Shown here in pieces: positions 15,001-28,688 of a stretch of DNA of 64,000 nt (its first letter is position 1; each line of letters begins with the position of its first letter). Origin of the DNA: Eledone cirrhosa (Eukaryota); the NCBI GenBank assembly GCA_964016885.1, contig OZ024740.1, positions 426,374,001 through 426,438,000 of the forward strand, written 5' to 3'. A model generated the notes under the pieces. The model did no database searches, was not told the origin of the DNA, and saw nothing but the letters and a program-made list of their open reading frames with translations. Both the position numbers and the translations under genes were made by a program.

Positions 15001-18000
15001 GTTACCCTCTCTTACTTGTCTCTGGGGTAGATACCCTCTCTTACTTGTCAATGGGGTAGTTACCCTCTCTAACTTGTCAATGGATTAGTTACCCTCTCTT
15101 ACTTTCACTGGGGTAGTTACCCTCTCTTAATTGTCAATGGGGTAGTTACCCTTTTTTACTTGACAACAGGGTATTTACCCTCACATACTTGTCAATGGGG
15201 TAGTTACACTCTCCTACTTGACAACGGGGTAGTTACCCTCCTATTCAAGTCAATGGTGTAGTTACCCTCTCTAGTTGTCAATGGGGTAGTTACCCTCTCT
15301 TATTTGTCAATGGGGTAGTTACCCTGTCTTACTTGTCACTGGGGTAGTTACCCTCTTTACTTGTCAATTGGGTAGTTACCCTCTTATACTTGTCAATGGG
15401 GTAGTTACCCTCTTTTACTTGTCAATGGTGTAGTTACCCTCTCTTACTTGACAATGTGGTAGTTACTCTCTCTTACTTGTCAATGGGGTAGTTCCCCTCT
15501 CTTACTTAACAATGGGGTAGTACCCTCTCTTACTTGTCACTGGGGTTGTTACCCTCTCTTACTTGTCAATGGGGTAGCTACCCTCTCTTACTTGTCACTG
15601 GGGTAGTTACCCTCTCTTACGTGTCACTGGGGTAGTTACCCACTTTTACTTGACAATGTGCTAGTTACCCTTTTTTACTTGTCATTGGGGTAGTTACTCT
15701 CATTTACTTGTCAATGGGGTAGTTACCCTCTCTTACTTGTCAATGGGGTAGTTACCCTCTCTTACTTGACAATGGGGTAGTTACCCTCTCTTACTTGTCA
15801 CTGGGGTAGTTACCCTCTCTTACTTGTCACTGGGGTAGTTACCCTCACTTACTTGACAATGTGGTAGTTACCCTCTCTTACTTGTCAATAGTGTAGTTAC
15901 CCTCACATACATGACATTGGGGTAGTTACCCTCTCTTTCTTGTCACTGGGGTAGTTACCCTCTCCTACTTGACAATGGGGTAGTAACCCTCTCTTACTTG
16001 TCACTGGGGTAGTTGTCTTCTCTTACTTGTCAATGGCGTAGTTACCCTCTCTACTTGTCAATGGGGTAGTTACCTTTTTTACTTTACAGCAGGGTATTTA
16101 CCCTCTCTTACTTGTCAATGGGGTAGTTACCCTTTTTACTTGACAACAGGGTATTTAACCTCTCTTACTTGTCAATGGGGTAGTTACCCTCTCATACTTG
16201 TCAATGGGGTAGTAATCCTCTCTTACATGTCAAAGGGGTAGTTACCCTTTTTACTTGACAACAGGGTATATACCCTCTCCATATTGACAATGGGGTAGTT
16301 ACCCTCCCTTACTTGTCAATGGGGTAGTTACCCTTTTTTACTTGACAACAGTGTATTTACCCTCTCATACTGGTCAATGGGGTAGTTACTCTCTCTTACT
16401 TGTCAATGGGGTAGTTACCCTCTCTTACTTGTCAATGGGGTAGTTACTCTCTCTTACTTGACAATGGGGTAGTTACCCTTTCTTACTTGTCACTGGAGTA
16501 GTTACCCTCTCTTACTTGTTACTGAGGTAGTTACCCTCTCTTAATTGACAATGCGGTAGTACCCTCTCTTACTTGTCACTGGTGTAGTTACCCTCTCTAA
16601 CATGACAATGGGGTAGTACCCTCTCGTACTTGTCACTGGGTTAGATACGCTCTCTTACTTGACAATGGGCTAGTTACCCTCTCTTACTTGTCTCTGGGGT
16701 AGTTACCCTCTCTTACTTGTCAATGGGGTAGTTACCCTCTCTTACTTGTCAATGGATTAGTTACCCTCTCTTACTTTAACTGGGGTAGTTACCCTCTCTT
16801 AATTGTCAATAGGGTAGTTACCCTTTTTTACTTGACAACAGGGCATTTACCCTCACATACTTGTCAATGTGGTAGTTACACTCTCTTACTTGACAACGGG
16901 GTGGTTACCCTCCTATTCAAGTCAATGGGGTAGTTACCCTCTCTAGTTGTCAATGGGGTAGTTACCCTCTCTTACTTGTTAATGGGGTAGTTACCCTGTC
17001 TTATTTGTCACTGGGGTAGTTACCCTCTTTACTTGTCAATGGGGTAGTTACCCTCTAATACTTGTCAATGGGGTAGTTACCCTCTTTTACTTGTCAATGG
17101 GGTAGTTACCCTCTATTACTTGTCAATGGGGTAGTTACCCTCTCTTACTTGACAATGTGGTAGTTACTCTCTCTTACGTGTCAATGGGGTAGTTACCCTC
17201 TCTTACTTAACATTGGGGTAGTACCCTCTCTTACTTGTCATTGGGGTTGTTACGCTCTCTTACTTGACAATGGGGTAGTACCCTCTCTTACTTGTTTACT
17301 GGGGTAGTTACCCTCTCTTACTTGTTCTGGGGTAGTTACCCTCTCTTAATTGTCAATGGGGTAGTTACCCTTTTTCACTTGACAACGGGGTAGTTACCCT
17401 CATTTACTTGTCAATGGGGTAGTTACCCTCTCGAACTTGACAAGGAGTAGTTACCTCCCATACTTGTCAATGGGGTAGTTACCCCTATACTTGTCAATGG
17501 GGTAGTTACGATCTCTTACTTGACAATGGTGTTGTTATCCTCTCTTACTTGTCAATGGGGTAGTTACCCTCTCTTACTTGTCAATGTGGTAGTTACCCTC
17601 TCTTACTTGTCAATGGGGTAGTTAGCCTCTCATACTTGACTTGGGGTAGTTACACTCTCTTACTTGTCACTGAGTTAGTTACCCTATCTTACTTGTCACT
17701 TAGGTAATTACCCTCTTTTACTTGACAATGTGCTAGTTACCCTCTCATACTTGTCAATGGCGTAGTTACCCTCTCTACTTGTCAATGGGGTAGTTACCTT
17801 TTTTACTTTACAGCAGGGTATTTACCCTCTCTTACTTGTCAATGGGGTAGTTACCCTTTTTACTTGACAACAGGGTATTTAACCTCTCTTACTTGTCAAT
17901 GGGGTAGTTACCCTCTCATACTTGTCAATGGGGTAGTAATCCTCTCTTACATGTCAAAGGGGTAGTTACCCTTTTTACTTGACAACAGGGTATATACCCT

Positions 18001-21000
18001 CTCCATATTGACAATGGGGTAGTTACCCTCCCTTACTTGTCAATGGGGTAGTTACCCTTTTTTACTTGACAACAGGGTATTTACTCTCTCTTACTTGTCA
18101 ATGGGGTAGTTACCCTCTCTTACTTGTCAATGGGGTAGTTACTCTCTCTTACTTGACAATGGGGTAGTTACCCTTTCTTACTTGTCACTGGAGTAGTTAC
18201 CCTCTCTTACTTGTCACTGAGGTAGTTACCCTCTCTTAATTGACAATGCGGTAGTACCCTCTCTTACTTGTCACTGGTGTAGTTACCCTCTCTAACATGA
18301 CAATGGGGTAGTACCCTCTCGTACTTGTCACTGGGTTAGTTACGCTCTCTTACTTGACAATGGGCTAGTTACCCTCTCTTACTTTCACTGGGTTAGTTAC
18401 CCTCTCTTAATTGTCAATAGGGTAGTTACCCTTTTTTACTTGACAACAGGGCATTACCCTCACATACTTGTCAATGGGGTAGTTACACTCTCTTACTTGA
18501 CAACGGGGTGGTTACCCTCCTATTCAAGTCAATGGGGTAGTAACCCTCTCTAGTTGTCAATGGGGTAGTTACCCTGTCTTATTTGTCACTGGGGTAGTTA
18601 CCCTCTTTACTTGTCAATGGGGTAGTTACCCTCTAATACTTGTCAATGGGGTAGTTACCCTCTTTTACTTGTCAATGGGGTAGTTACCCTCTATTACTTG
18701 TCAATGGGGTAGTTACCCTCTCTTACTTGACAATGTGGTAGTTACTCTCTCTTACGTGTCAATGGGGTAGTTACCCTCTCTTACTTAACATTGGGGTAGT
18801 ACCCTCTCTTACTTGTCATTGGGGTTGTTACGCTCTCTTACTTGACAATGGGGTAGTACCCTCTCTTACTTGTTTACTGGGGTTGTTACCCTCACTTACT
18901 TCCTCTGGGGTAGTTACCCTCTCTTAATTGTCAATGGGGTAGTTACCCTTTTTCACTTGACAACGGGGTAGTTACCCTCATTTACTTGTCAATGGGGTAG
19001 TTACCCTCTCGAACTTGACAAGGAGTAGTTACCCTCCCTTACTTGTCAATGGGGCAGTTACCCCTATACTTGTCAATGGGGTAGTTACGATCTCTTACTT
19101 GACAATGGTGTTGTTATCCTCTCTTACTTGTCACTGGGGTAGTTACCCTCTCTTACTTGTCAATGTGGTAGTTACCCTCTCTTACTTGTCAATGGGGTAG
19201 TTAGCCTCTCATACTTGACTTGGGGTAATTACACTCTCTTACTTGTCACTGAGTTAGTTACCCTAATTACTTTTCACTTAGGTAGTTACCCTCTTTTACT
19301 TGACAGTGTACTAGTTACCCTCTCATAGTTGTCAATGGGGTAGTTACTCTCTCTTACTTGTCAATGGGGAAGTTACCCTCTAAAACTTGTCAATGGGGTA
19401 GTTACTCTCTTTTACTTGTCAATGGGGTAGTTACCCTCTATTACTTGTCAATGGGGTAGTTACCCTCTCTTACTTGACAATGTGGTAGTTACTCTCTCTT
19501 ACTTATCACTGGGGTAGTTACTCTCACTTACTTGTCAATGTGGTAGTTACCCTCTCTTACTTGTCAATGGGGTAGTTACCCTCTCATACTTGACAATGGG
19601 GTAGTTACCCTCTTTTACTTGACAATGTGCTAGTTACCCTCTCATACTTGTCAATGGGGTAGTTACTCTCTCTTACTTGTCAATGGGGTAGTTACCCTCT
19701 CTTACTTGACAATGGGGTAGTACCCTCTCTTGTCACTGGGGTAGTTACCCTGTCTTACATGACAATGGGGTATTACCCTCTCTTACTTGTCACTGGGGTA
19801 GTTACGCTCTCTTACTTGACAATGGGCTAGTTACCCTCTCTTACTTGTCTCTGGGGTAGTTACCCTCAGTTACTTGTCAATTGGGTATTTACCATCTCAT
19901 ACTTGACAATGTGGTAGTTACCCTCTCTTAATTGTCAATGGGGTAGTTACCCTTTTTTACTTGACAACAGGGTATTTACCCTCTCTTACTTGTCAATAGG
20001 GTAGTTACCTTCTCTCACTTGACAACGGGGTAGTTACCCTCCTATGCTTGTCAATGGGGTAGTTACCCTCTGTTACTTGTCAATGGGGTAGTTACCCTCT
20101 CTTACTTGTCAATGGGGTAGTTACCCTCTCTTACTTGACAATGGGGTAGTTACTCTCTCTTACTTGTCAATGGGGTAGTTACCCTCTCTTACTTGACAAT
20201 GTGGTAGTTACCCTCACTTACTTGTCGATGGGGTAGTTACCCTCTCTTACTTGACAATGGGGTAGTTAGCCTCTTTTACTTGTCACTGGGGTAGTTACCC
20301 TCTTTACTTGTCACTGGGGTAGTTACCCTCTTTTACTTGACAATGGGCTAGTTACCCTCACTGACTTGTCATTGGGGTAGTTACTCTCTCTTACTTGTCA
20401 ATGGGGTAGTTACCCTCTCTTACTTGACAATGTGGTAGTTACCCTCACTTACTTGTCAATGGGGTAGTTATCCTCTCTTACTTGACAATGGGGTAGTTAC
20501 CCTCTCATACTTGACATTGGGGTAGTTACCCTCTCTTACTTGTCACTGGGGTAGTTACCCTCTTTTACTTGACAATGGGCTAGTTACCCTCATTACTTGT
20601 CATTGGGATAGTTACTCTCTCTTACTTGTCAATGGGGTAGTTACCCTCGCTTACTTGTCACTGGGGTAGTTACCCTCTCTTACTTGACAATGGGGTAGTA
20701 CCCTCTATTACTTGTCACTGGGGTAGTTACCCTCTCTTACATGACAATGGGGTAGTTACCCTCTCTTACTTGACAATGGGGTAGTACCCTCCTTTACTTG
20801 TCACTGGGGTAGTTACGCTCTCTTACTTGACAATGGGCTAGTTACCCTCATACTTGTCTCTGGGGTAGTTACCCTCTCTTACTTGTCAATGGGGTAGTTA
20901 CCCCCTCTTACTTGTCAATGGGGTAGTTACCCTTTTTTACTTGACAACAGGGTATTTACCCTCTCTTACTTGTCAATAGGGTAGTTACCCTCTCTTACTT

Positions 21001-21545
21001 GACATTGATGTAGCTACCCTCTCTTAATTGTCAATGGGGTAGTTACCCTTTTTTACTTGACAACAGGGTATTTACCCTCTCTTACTTGTCAATAGGGTAG
21101 TTACCCTCTCTTACTTGACAACGGGGTAGTTACCCTCCTATTCTTGTCCATGCGTTAGTTACCCTCTGTTACTTGTCAATGGGGTAGTTACCCTCTCTTA
21201 CTTGTCAATGGTTTAGTTACCCTCTCTTACTTGCCAATGGGGGTAGTTACCCTCTCTTACTTGACAATGGGGTAGGTACTCTCTCTTACTTGTCAATGGG
21301 GTAGTTACCCTCTCTTACTTGACAATGTGGTAGTTACCCTCACCTACTTGTCGATGGGGTTGTTACCCTCTCTTACTTGACAATGGGGTAGTTACCCTCT
21401 ATTACTTGTCACTGGGGTAGTTACCCTCTCTTACTTGTCAATGGGGTAGTTACCCTCTCTTACTTGACAATGGTGTAGTTACCCTCTGTTACTTGACAAT
21501 GGGGTGTTACCCTCTCTTACTTGTCACTGTGGTAGTTACCCTCCC
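1..21545. repeat. 29-bp tandem satellite array, consensus TTG(T/A)CAATGGGGTAGTTACCCTCTCTTAC (roughly 740 units, runs off the left edge)
   Basis: Period read directly (units start at 1, 30, ...). Units diverge by substitutions and 1-bp indels. One unique interruption at ~1697-1826. Confidence 0.98.
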
Positions 21546-21929
21546 TTGTTGTTTATATTACAACTGCATTAATGTTCCCCTTATTGTTGTAGCTATTTCT
21601 GGTATCATCACGGCTGTTATTTACCCTAATCCAGCCCTCACCGAACAGTGCAGGTATTCCTGTTCTACCCATCACACCATACCGCGGCTTATAATCACTA
21701 ATCTATTTATGTTTTCTTTAACAATTTTGTTGCAATATTTCTAATGAAACATTGTAATTTTTAAAATAACCAACATTTGGAGGGATTTAATAATAACTAA
21801 ATTTGTCATTATAAAGCTGGTCTCTGAAGAATGAGATAGGTTCTCACACGAAATTATAATATAAATCTTAACTTTGCTATTATACATGGGCGGTTTCAGG
21901 CGATTTTTATCAAAACTTTTAAGGTAGGA

Positions 21930-22235
21930 AGGTGTGATTTGAAGGATTCTTGTTTGCTTCTCTTAGCAATAGATTTGATTGTGTAGAGGCTCTCTCGTTG
22001 GTTTATAGCTGTTATTAGTAGAGAATGATAGTAACCGTGGTGGTAGTACTATTCTTGTAGGTCAGCCCTTCATCGAGCAGGCCCAAATGAAAGGCATATC
22101 AACCCTTACCATCCAGTCTTTTGAATAAATAGAATTGAATTACAAATTAACCAATGTAACCATCATTATATTCAGGTGTGATTTCAGCGAGATTGTTTGA
22201 TCGCTTGAACGATCATGTAAAGTCTCCCTGGTTGT
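21930..22235 (+). repeat. Two decayed copies of an interspersed repeat (AGGTGTGATTT...GTAGAGGCTC-like)
   Basis: Similar segments at ~21930-22002 and ~22173-22235; family not identified. Confidence 0.35.
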
Positions 22236-22297
22236 CTGATGTTGTTTCTGATGGAATTAGTAACACTCATATGTGTTATTTTCAGCTGTTTTTATTG

Positions 22298-22455
22298 TAA
22301 TTACTGGTATCAATTATTGTTATAGTTGTTATTGCTCCAGCTGGACTTAGTCTTACATCTGTGTAACTAATGAAACTAATTACTGGTATCAATTATTGTT
22401 ATAGTTGTTATTGCTCCAGCTGGACTTAGTCTTACATCTGTGTAACTAATGAAAC
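22298..22455. repeat. Perfect 79-bp tandem duplication
   Basis: 22298-22376 is identical to 22377-22455. Confidence 0.95.
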
Positions 22456-22542
22456 AGATCTGTATGAAGAGTTTAAGCAAATACGTGGATAGTGAGGAGT
22501 GGGTACTTAGTGGGGAAGAAAGCAAGCGAAAAACGAAAATGA

Positions 22543-22543
22543 G

Positions 22544-22601
<58 letters not shown>

Positions 22602-22662
22602 TAGAGGTGGTGCTGGTGGTGGTGGTGGTGGTGGTAGTGGTGGTGGTAGTAGTGGTGGTGGA

Positions 22663-22719
<57 letters not shown>

Positions 22720-22766
22720 GGTGGTGGTGGTGGTGGTGGTAGTAGTAGTAATAGTAGTAATAGTAA

Positions 22767-22806
<40 letters not shown>

Positions 22807-23325
22807 GGTAGTGGTAGTTTATGTTGTATGTGAAAAGTGAGGGAGGAAGAAGGAGAAAAAGAGGAGCAACGATAAAACAACAGAAAACACGACACTGGAA
22901 AAAATGGAAGATTTCCTGGCATTGATGGTGGTGGTGGTGGTGGTGGTGGTGGTGGTGGTGTTGGTTGTAGTTGTGTTGTTGGTGGTGGTGGTGGTGGTGG
23001 TGATGATGATGGTTATGATGTTGGTGGTGGTGGTGGTGGGGGTGGTAATGATAGTGGTGGTGGTGCTGGTGGTGGTGATGGTGATTGTGGTGGTAGTGGT
23101 AGTGGTGGTGGTGGTGATGGTGGTGGTAGGGGTAGTGGTGGTGGTGGTGGTGGTGGTAGTGGTGGTAGTGGTGGTGGTGGTGGTAGTGGTGGTGGTAGTG
23201 GTGGTGGTGGTAGTGGTGATGGTGGTGGTAGTGGTAGTGGTAGTGGTGGTGGTGGTGGTGGTGGTGGTAGTGGTGGTGGTGGTGGTGATGGTGGTGGTAG
23301 TGGTAGTGGTAGTGGTGGTGGTGGG
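22543..23325. repeat. Compound (GTA)n/(GTG)n trinucleotide microsatellites
   Basis: Two blocks (22543-22816 and 22925-23325) separated by ~105 bp of unique sequence. Confidence 0.95.
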
Positions 23326-23619
23326 TAATACTGATGCTGATCACCAAGAAAGATTGGCTGACTTCACCATGGTTTCTCCAGCAGATATGCAATACTTGTG
23401 TTCAGTGAGAGTAAGGAAGTTCTGTGTGTCACCGATAATCCATTAATTTTAAAGCTGGGGCCAGCTTAGCTGACTGTCCCCTTCTTCTGCCCCTCCTCTC
23501 GTCATATCACCAATCCCTTACACTCTCGTCCCTTATTTTCGCCCCTCCCTCACGCATGTTCACTGTTTATCTTGCGTCAAGCATAAAGAAAATTACATGA
23601 CCTTTTCACAACGAGGCTG

Positions 23620-23825
23620 AACGCACACAAAAAACACACACAAACATACACAGATACACACTTACACATACACCCTTACACATATAACCATAGACATACA
23701 TACACATATTCACACACGTACACACATACACACACGCACACACACATACACCAATACACCCATACACACATTAATGCTTACATACATTCACACAAAATCA
23801 CAAATACGGAAAGAACACACACACT

Positions 23826-23856
<31 letters not shown>

Positions 23857-24622
23857 ACAAACACACAAACACACATGTACGTACACGATCTTATGTGTGC
23901 GCGCACACACACACACACACATATGCACACTAACACATATATACATGCACATATACATTTACGCATAAACACCCACCTACATCCAACACAAACACTGTCT
24001 CACATGCATTCAGTACATATAAACACATAGATGCTTACACATACACACACAGAGGCACACACACACAAACACACAGTGGCATACACATACACACATACAG
24101 AGGCACACACACACACAAAAACACCCACATACAGCCTACACAAACACACTGTCTCACATGCATATAGTACATATACACACACAGATGCTCACACATACAT
24201 ACACAAACACACAGAGGCACACACACACACACCAACACACAGAGGCACACACACAAACACACAGAGGCACACACACACCAACACACAGAGGCACACACAC
24301 ACCAACACACACACACACACCAACCAACACACACCAACACACACACACACACGTCAACACACTAACAACCATCCAGGGTAAGTTACGTTACAAAGCAAAA
24401 TAAAAGCCGCGGTTCAACACGGTGTTACACACACACAATATGGCTCTACAAATATAGTATATCACTCATCACTTTCTCTCTCTCTCTTCCTCTCACTCCC
24501 CCCCCCCCCTCCCTCTCTCCCTCTCTCCCTCTCCTTCTCTCCCTCTCCCTCTCACTCCCCCTCTCTCTCCCTCTCTCTCCTCTCACTCTCCCCTCTCTCT
24601 CGCCCCCTCCCCCCTCTCTCTC
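23620..24622. repeat. Degenerate (CA)n region followed by a (CT)/C-rich tract
   Basis: Visible low-complexity sequence with internal ACACAGAGGCACAC subrepeats. Confidence 0.9.
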
Positions 24623-24964
24623 AATATCAGTCTTGCTTCCTCTTCATTCATATTTGTTCTATTGCTATTCATATTGTAGATGTTATTGGGTTGGAGATGA
24701 GACCTCACCAAACAGATTTCTGATCAAAAACATTCCAACTGTGACCACTCCATCTTTTTAGAGTTATCAATATATAGTCGAGTAGATTTGAGACATACAT
24801 ACATCAATATATAATCATTTGCATATATTATGTGAATGTGTGTATATATATATTTATGTATTTATAAACATGTGTGCGTGTTTGTGTGAGCCATTGCCTG
24901 TGTGTGCAAGCAACTGTCTTCCTCAAAGTTGAAACACTCCAGTTCAACAATTATGTATGTATGC

Positions 24965-25012
<48 letters not shown>

Positions 25013-25284
25013 TAGATAGAGAAAAAGAAAGAGAGAGTTCCGGGTTCAAAGGGGGGAAACCACGCTTAATAAGGGACTCAATATATTACTAGAATGTAAA
25101 AATCAAGTTTAATATATTGAATGAAACAGTTCTAGTCCTTTAGAAGACATTTCTATATTAAACTTGATGTTTAAACTCTACTTGTGTATTAACAAACTGT
25201 AGTTACCCCAATTGAACACGAAACTCATATATATATATATATATAATGATGTCAAAGAACTTTGATAGACTATATATATATATT

Positions 25285-25460
25285 TAGATTTGTATTTTTA
25301 GCCGTTGGTCAATCAATGACAAACATTGATGGCCAATTGAATTAACTGTGGAGATATACAAGATACAGAAGCGAAAACCAACCTAAACCAAACAGTGAGT
25401 GTTATGCTATTATTTCTGGCAATCTTATAACAATATGACCCTCTCCAAGTATAACAATAT
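25285..25460. mobile_element. TA-embedded repeat fragment, homologous in reverse to 38100-38260
   Basis: Shared sequence AATTAACTGTGGAGATA...CAGAAGCGAAAACCAACC...ATGACCCTC(T/C)CCAAGTATAACAATAT; flanked by (TA)n. Confidence 0.7.
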
Positions 25461-25467
25461 ATATATA

Positions 25468-25538
<71 letters not shown>

Positions 25539-25635
25539 TCAAAACAACAAACAGCGGAGGACGCGTTTCGTACCTGTCCGACAGACAACCTTTCCCCCAC
25601 CCCGGAAAAAACCCCAGTTGATGGATGTGAATCCG

Positions 25636-25755
<120 letters not shown>

Positions 25756-25837
25756 AAATATATATGTATATATATATATGTATATATATATATGTATTTA
25801 GATATACATACATATAGACATATAAATATATATATAT

Positions 25838-26150
25838 ACAATATATTAATAAATGGAAACTATATTTATAAAACCATATTTATTTTATTATATATATTTC
25901 AAGGGCAACCAAGGCAAAAGAGCTTGCTGGACTATCCAGGAAGCTCCAACTGTTAAGGTTGTCTTTTTTCTGGGTATGTCAATATTTATTTATAAAACAA
26001 ATCTGTATTTTATCTGATGAAAGCGCACCATAATTTGTCTTGGTTGCCCTTGAAATATATATAATAAAATAAATATGGTTTTATAAATATAGTTTCCATT
26101 TATTTAATATATTGTGTATTTACTCCACTAAACTGTTGAGTGCTTTATAT
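25838..26150 (+). mobile_element. Penelope-like pLTR fragment with a 5' inverted arm
   Basis: Inverted arms ~25838-25919 and ~26035-26116; contains an HHR; second copy on the minus strand at ~51073-51290. Confidence 0.75.
26006..26071 (+). ncRNA. Type I hammerhead ribozyme
   Basis: Helix I TATTTTAT/ATAAAATA; core CTGATGA; stem II AAG-C-GCACCA...TGG-T-TGC-C-CTT; GAAA; palindromic helix III TATATA; predicted cleavage after AUA (26063). Confidence 0.8.
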
Positions 26151-26178
26151 CTGTTATAAATATTTTTAAGCTTGTTGA

Positions 26179-26433
26179 ATCCCAACAAATTATATAGGAC
26201 AAACTAAACTCACACTCAGAAACAGAATGACAGTTCATCGCCAACAATTGCGAGATCCAACCACGAGACAGATACCACTAAGTGCACATCTAGACATTTG
26301 CGCAAGTAATAAGACACCCAAATTCCAAGTCTTCCCATTTTACCTTTGCGCTAACAATACAACAGAACAAATGCGAATAAATAAGGAAAATATGTTTATT
26401 CAAAAATATAGACCAACATTAAATAAGGTTTAA
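26179..26433 (+). pseudogene. 5'-truncated GIY-YIG endonuclease domain of a Penelope-like retroelement
   Basis: Extending the 26227 ORF upstream in frame gives NYIGQTKLTLRNRMTVHRQQ...LSAHLDIC...KENMFIQKYRPTLN*. This shows the YIG motif, the conserved R, H, E and the terminal PxLN. The GIY half and the RT are missing. Confidence 0.88.
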
Positions 26434-26912
26434 TATACATTATGTCAACACCATAATATGACATACACACACACACATAACACCTTCTACTTGAGAAAAT
26501 AAAAACCCGAACTAAATAAACCTTAACATACGTTTGCACTGACAATACAACAGCAAACACGAATAAGGAAAATATGTTCATTCAAAAATATTCCTACTAA
26601 AGGAATCACTTTCCTACACACACACATACACACACACACAATATATATATATATATATATTCTCTTCATCTTAACATGCTAACCATACTCCCACACACAT
26701 AACACCCATACACACACATAACAACCTCCACACCTACAACTCCCTCCCCATTTCTACTAATAGAACCACTTTCCTACACACATATATATATACACACACA
26801 CAAAATATATATTCTCTCCATCTTAACATACTCGCACACACACACATAACACCCATATACTCACACACACAACTCCCTCCCCCATCTCTACTAATAGAAT
26901 CATCTTCCAATA

Positions 26913-26959
<47 letters not shown>

Positions 26960-27650
26960 ACACACAAGCACACAAATAAACATACATATCTTCACTTCAA
27001 TAGAAAATCTGAACTCTGACACCCCAGCGAACTAACCATATTCACTGAACCAGAACAATTCTCCCAATCCCTTTTCTCTTGACCACTAACTTTCCATTGT
27101 CATAACATTCACTATAAAGACTACAGAATAGTTTTCCAAATAAGGGCGCAAAAATGTAATGAAAACTTGTTCACGTGACAGCAAAATTTCATTTATAACC
27201 AACCCCAAAAAAGCCTTCGTGAGCCTCCTTTTTTCAAGTAAAAAGAAATTCAAACACTCATATATGAAAAAAACAACCTGTGACAACCCCCCCCCCTTAT
27301 TTGAAGAACTATTGTAACGCGAACTGGCGCGAAATTTATTATAATTATTGACCAACCAATCAAATTACTTCTCGAAAAACCTGGCATTTCGAGCCACTTT
27401 TTCCATATAAAACAAGTAACATTCAAAGACCAACCAGATGTGAGAAAAACCACAGACCCTCCATCTTAACTCACCTTTTGAAAAGCAGAAGAACTGCGAA
27501 ACCGGTAAAGGAACCAAATAAATATATATATTTTTTTTAAAAATAAGACTCCAGTTGCATTTTCGATTTCATCTCTTTTTCTTTATACTTTCACTCGTGT
27601 AGGACACCTCGGTTATTTTCCATTTTGTAAAAAAAACCTCACTTTCTAAT
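26434..27650 (+). mobile_element. Probable 3' UTR and pLTR of the Penelope-like remnant
   Basis: Follows the GIY-YIG stop. Contains a partial repeat of the ORF end (26539-26591), three degenerate CA-rich subrepeats (~26594, 26754, 26888) and an HHR, and ends in TA repeats. The terminal part recurs at 51316-51510 (+) and 57722-57947 (-). Confidence 0.7.
27474..27511 (+). ncRNA. Minimal hammerhead ribozyme, U3-A8 core variant
   Basis: CCTT-TTGAAAA-GCAG-AAGAA-CTGC-GAAAC-CG-GTA-AAGG; all three helices pair. Confidence 0.75.
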
Positions 27651-28537
27651 ATATACATATATATATATATTTCAAATACTCCTTTTGTATTATTACAATC
27701 ATCCATTATACATATCATTTAACCCGTATGTATTTAGCTTTTAATTTAAAAGCTAAATATATTTAAAATTTAAACGTATTTCGATTTTAAGCATAGAGTT
27801 TTGCACTATTTTCTACTGACCTGTACTTATTAGATAGCATATTATTATGTCGCAAGATTAAATTCTTAATTCGAAAAATTTACCAAGTGAAAATAATATC
27901 TCTTTCTGTCCCTTGTTATAACCTGGTTAAGATGACAGAGAGAGGGAGAGAGAGGAAGAGAGATACATATATAGAGAGAGAGACATAGAGAGAGAGAGTT
28001 ACACACACACATATATATATATATTATTTATACATTTAAAAAAATATTTTTATGAAAAAGCCTGAGAAGAGAAATGATATTTTTAGGTATGTAATCGGTA
28101 GGGACATTAATTTTTGACTGGCAAACCTTAAACGATAAAAACGAACACGAACGTCCAAAATTTAAACTTAAGTGTTGTAGTTTTCAAAATCTTCAAAAAT
28201 AATATGTATACTTGTTAATGTTTGATAAATAGAATTACGTCGAATATTTTCACACTGTGTAAAACGAAGACCTATTCTTCACTTTGCATTGTACAGACCA
28301 ATTTATTCATATACGTATATTTATATTGAATGATTATGTTCTACTTGTATATTTTAGTAAGATGAGCAGTGCATACACGCATGGTTTCGTGACTCTTGGG
28401 GGAGTCGCAGGGGAGCCGAATTGACATATGGCTTTTCTCTCATCTCTCTAGGTCTGAATAAAGTAGATTTCTTCCAGAGAAGGGTAGATAATGAGAGAAT
28501 GGAAGTTAGAAAATGATATAGAAGAAAAATCGACCTC

Positions 28538-28688
28538 AGTACTTGACTGGTACTTTATTTATCGAACTCAAATCGATGAAAGGCGAAGTTAACCTCGATG
28601 TGATTTGAACTCAGAGAACAGAGAGCCGAAATGAATCCCGCAAAGCATTCTATCTCAATGTCTAACGACTCCACCAATACGCCACCTA
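28538..28688 (-). mobile_element. Diverged tRNA-derived SINE
   Basis: The reverse complement shows the B-box CTGAGTTCAAATC, GCCTTTCATC and AAAGTACCAGT, as in the 29378 copy. Confidence 0.75.

Noticed and set aside
1-21545. CRISPR array (29-bp partly palindromic repeat)
   Set aside because: Repeats are head-to-tail with no unique spacers, no cas genes are present, and the context is eukaryotic.
1-21545. Bacterial -35 boxes (TTGACA) and the short ORFs at 7906, 13571 and 19015
   Set aside because: These are by-products of the satellite monomer.
22376-23446. His-rich, poly-Val or formin-like poly-Pro protein
   Set aside because: Translations of GTG/GTA microsatellites. The poly-Pro frame has an internal stop (~23013) and I saw no convincing splice sites or domains.
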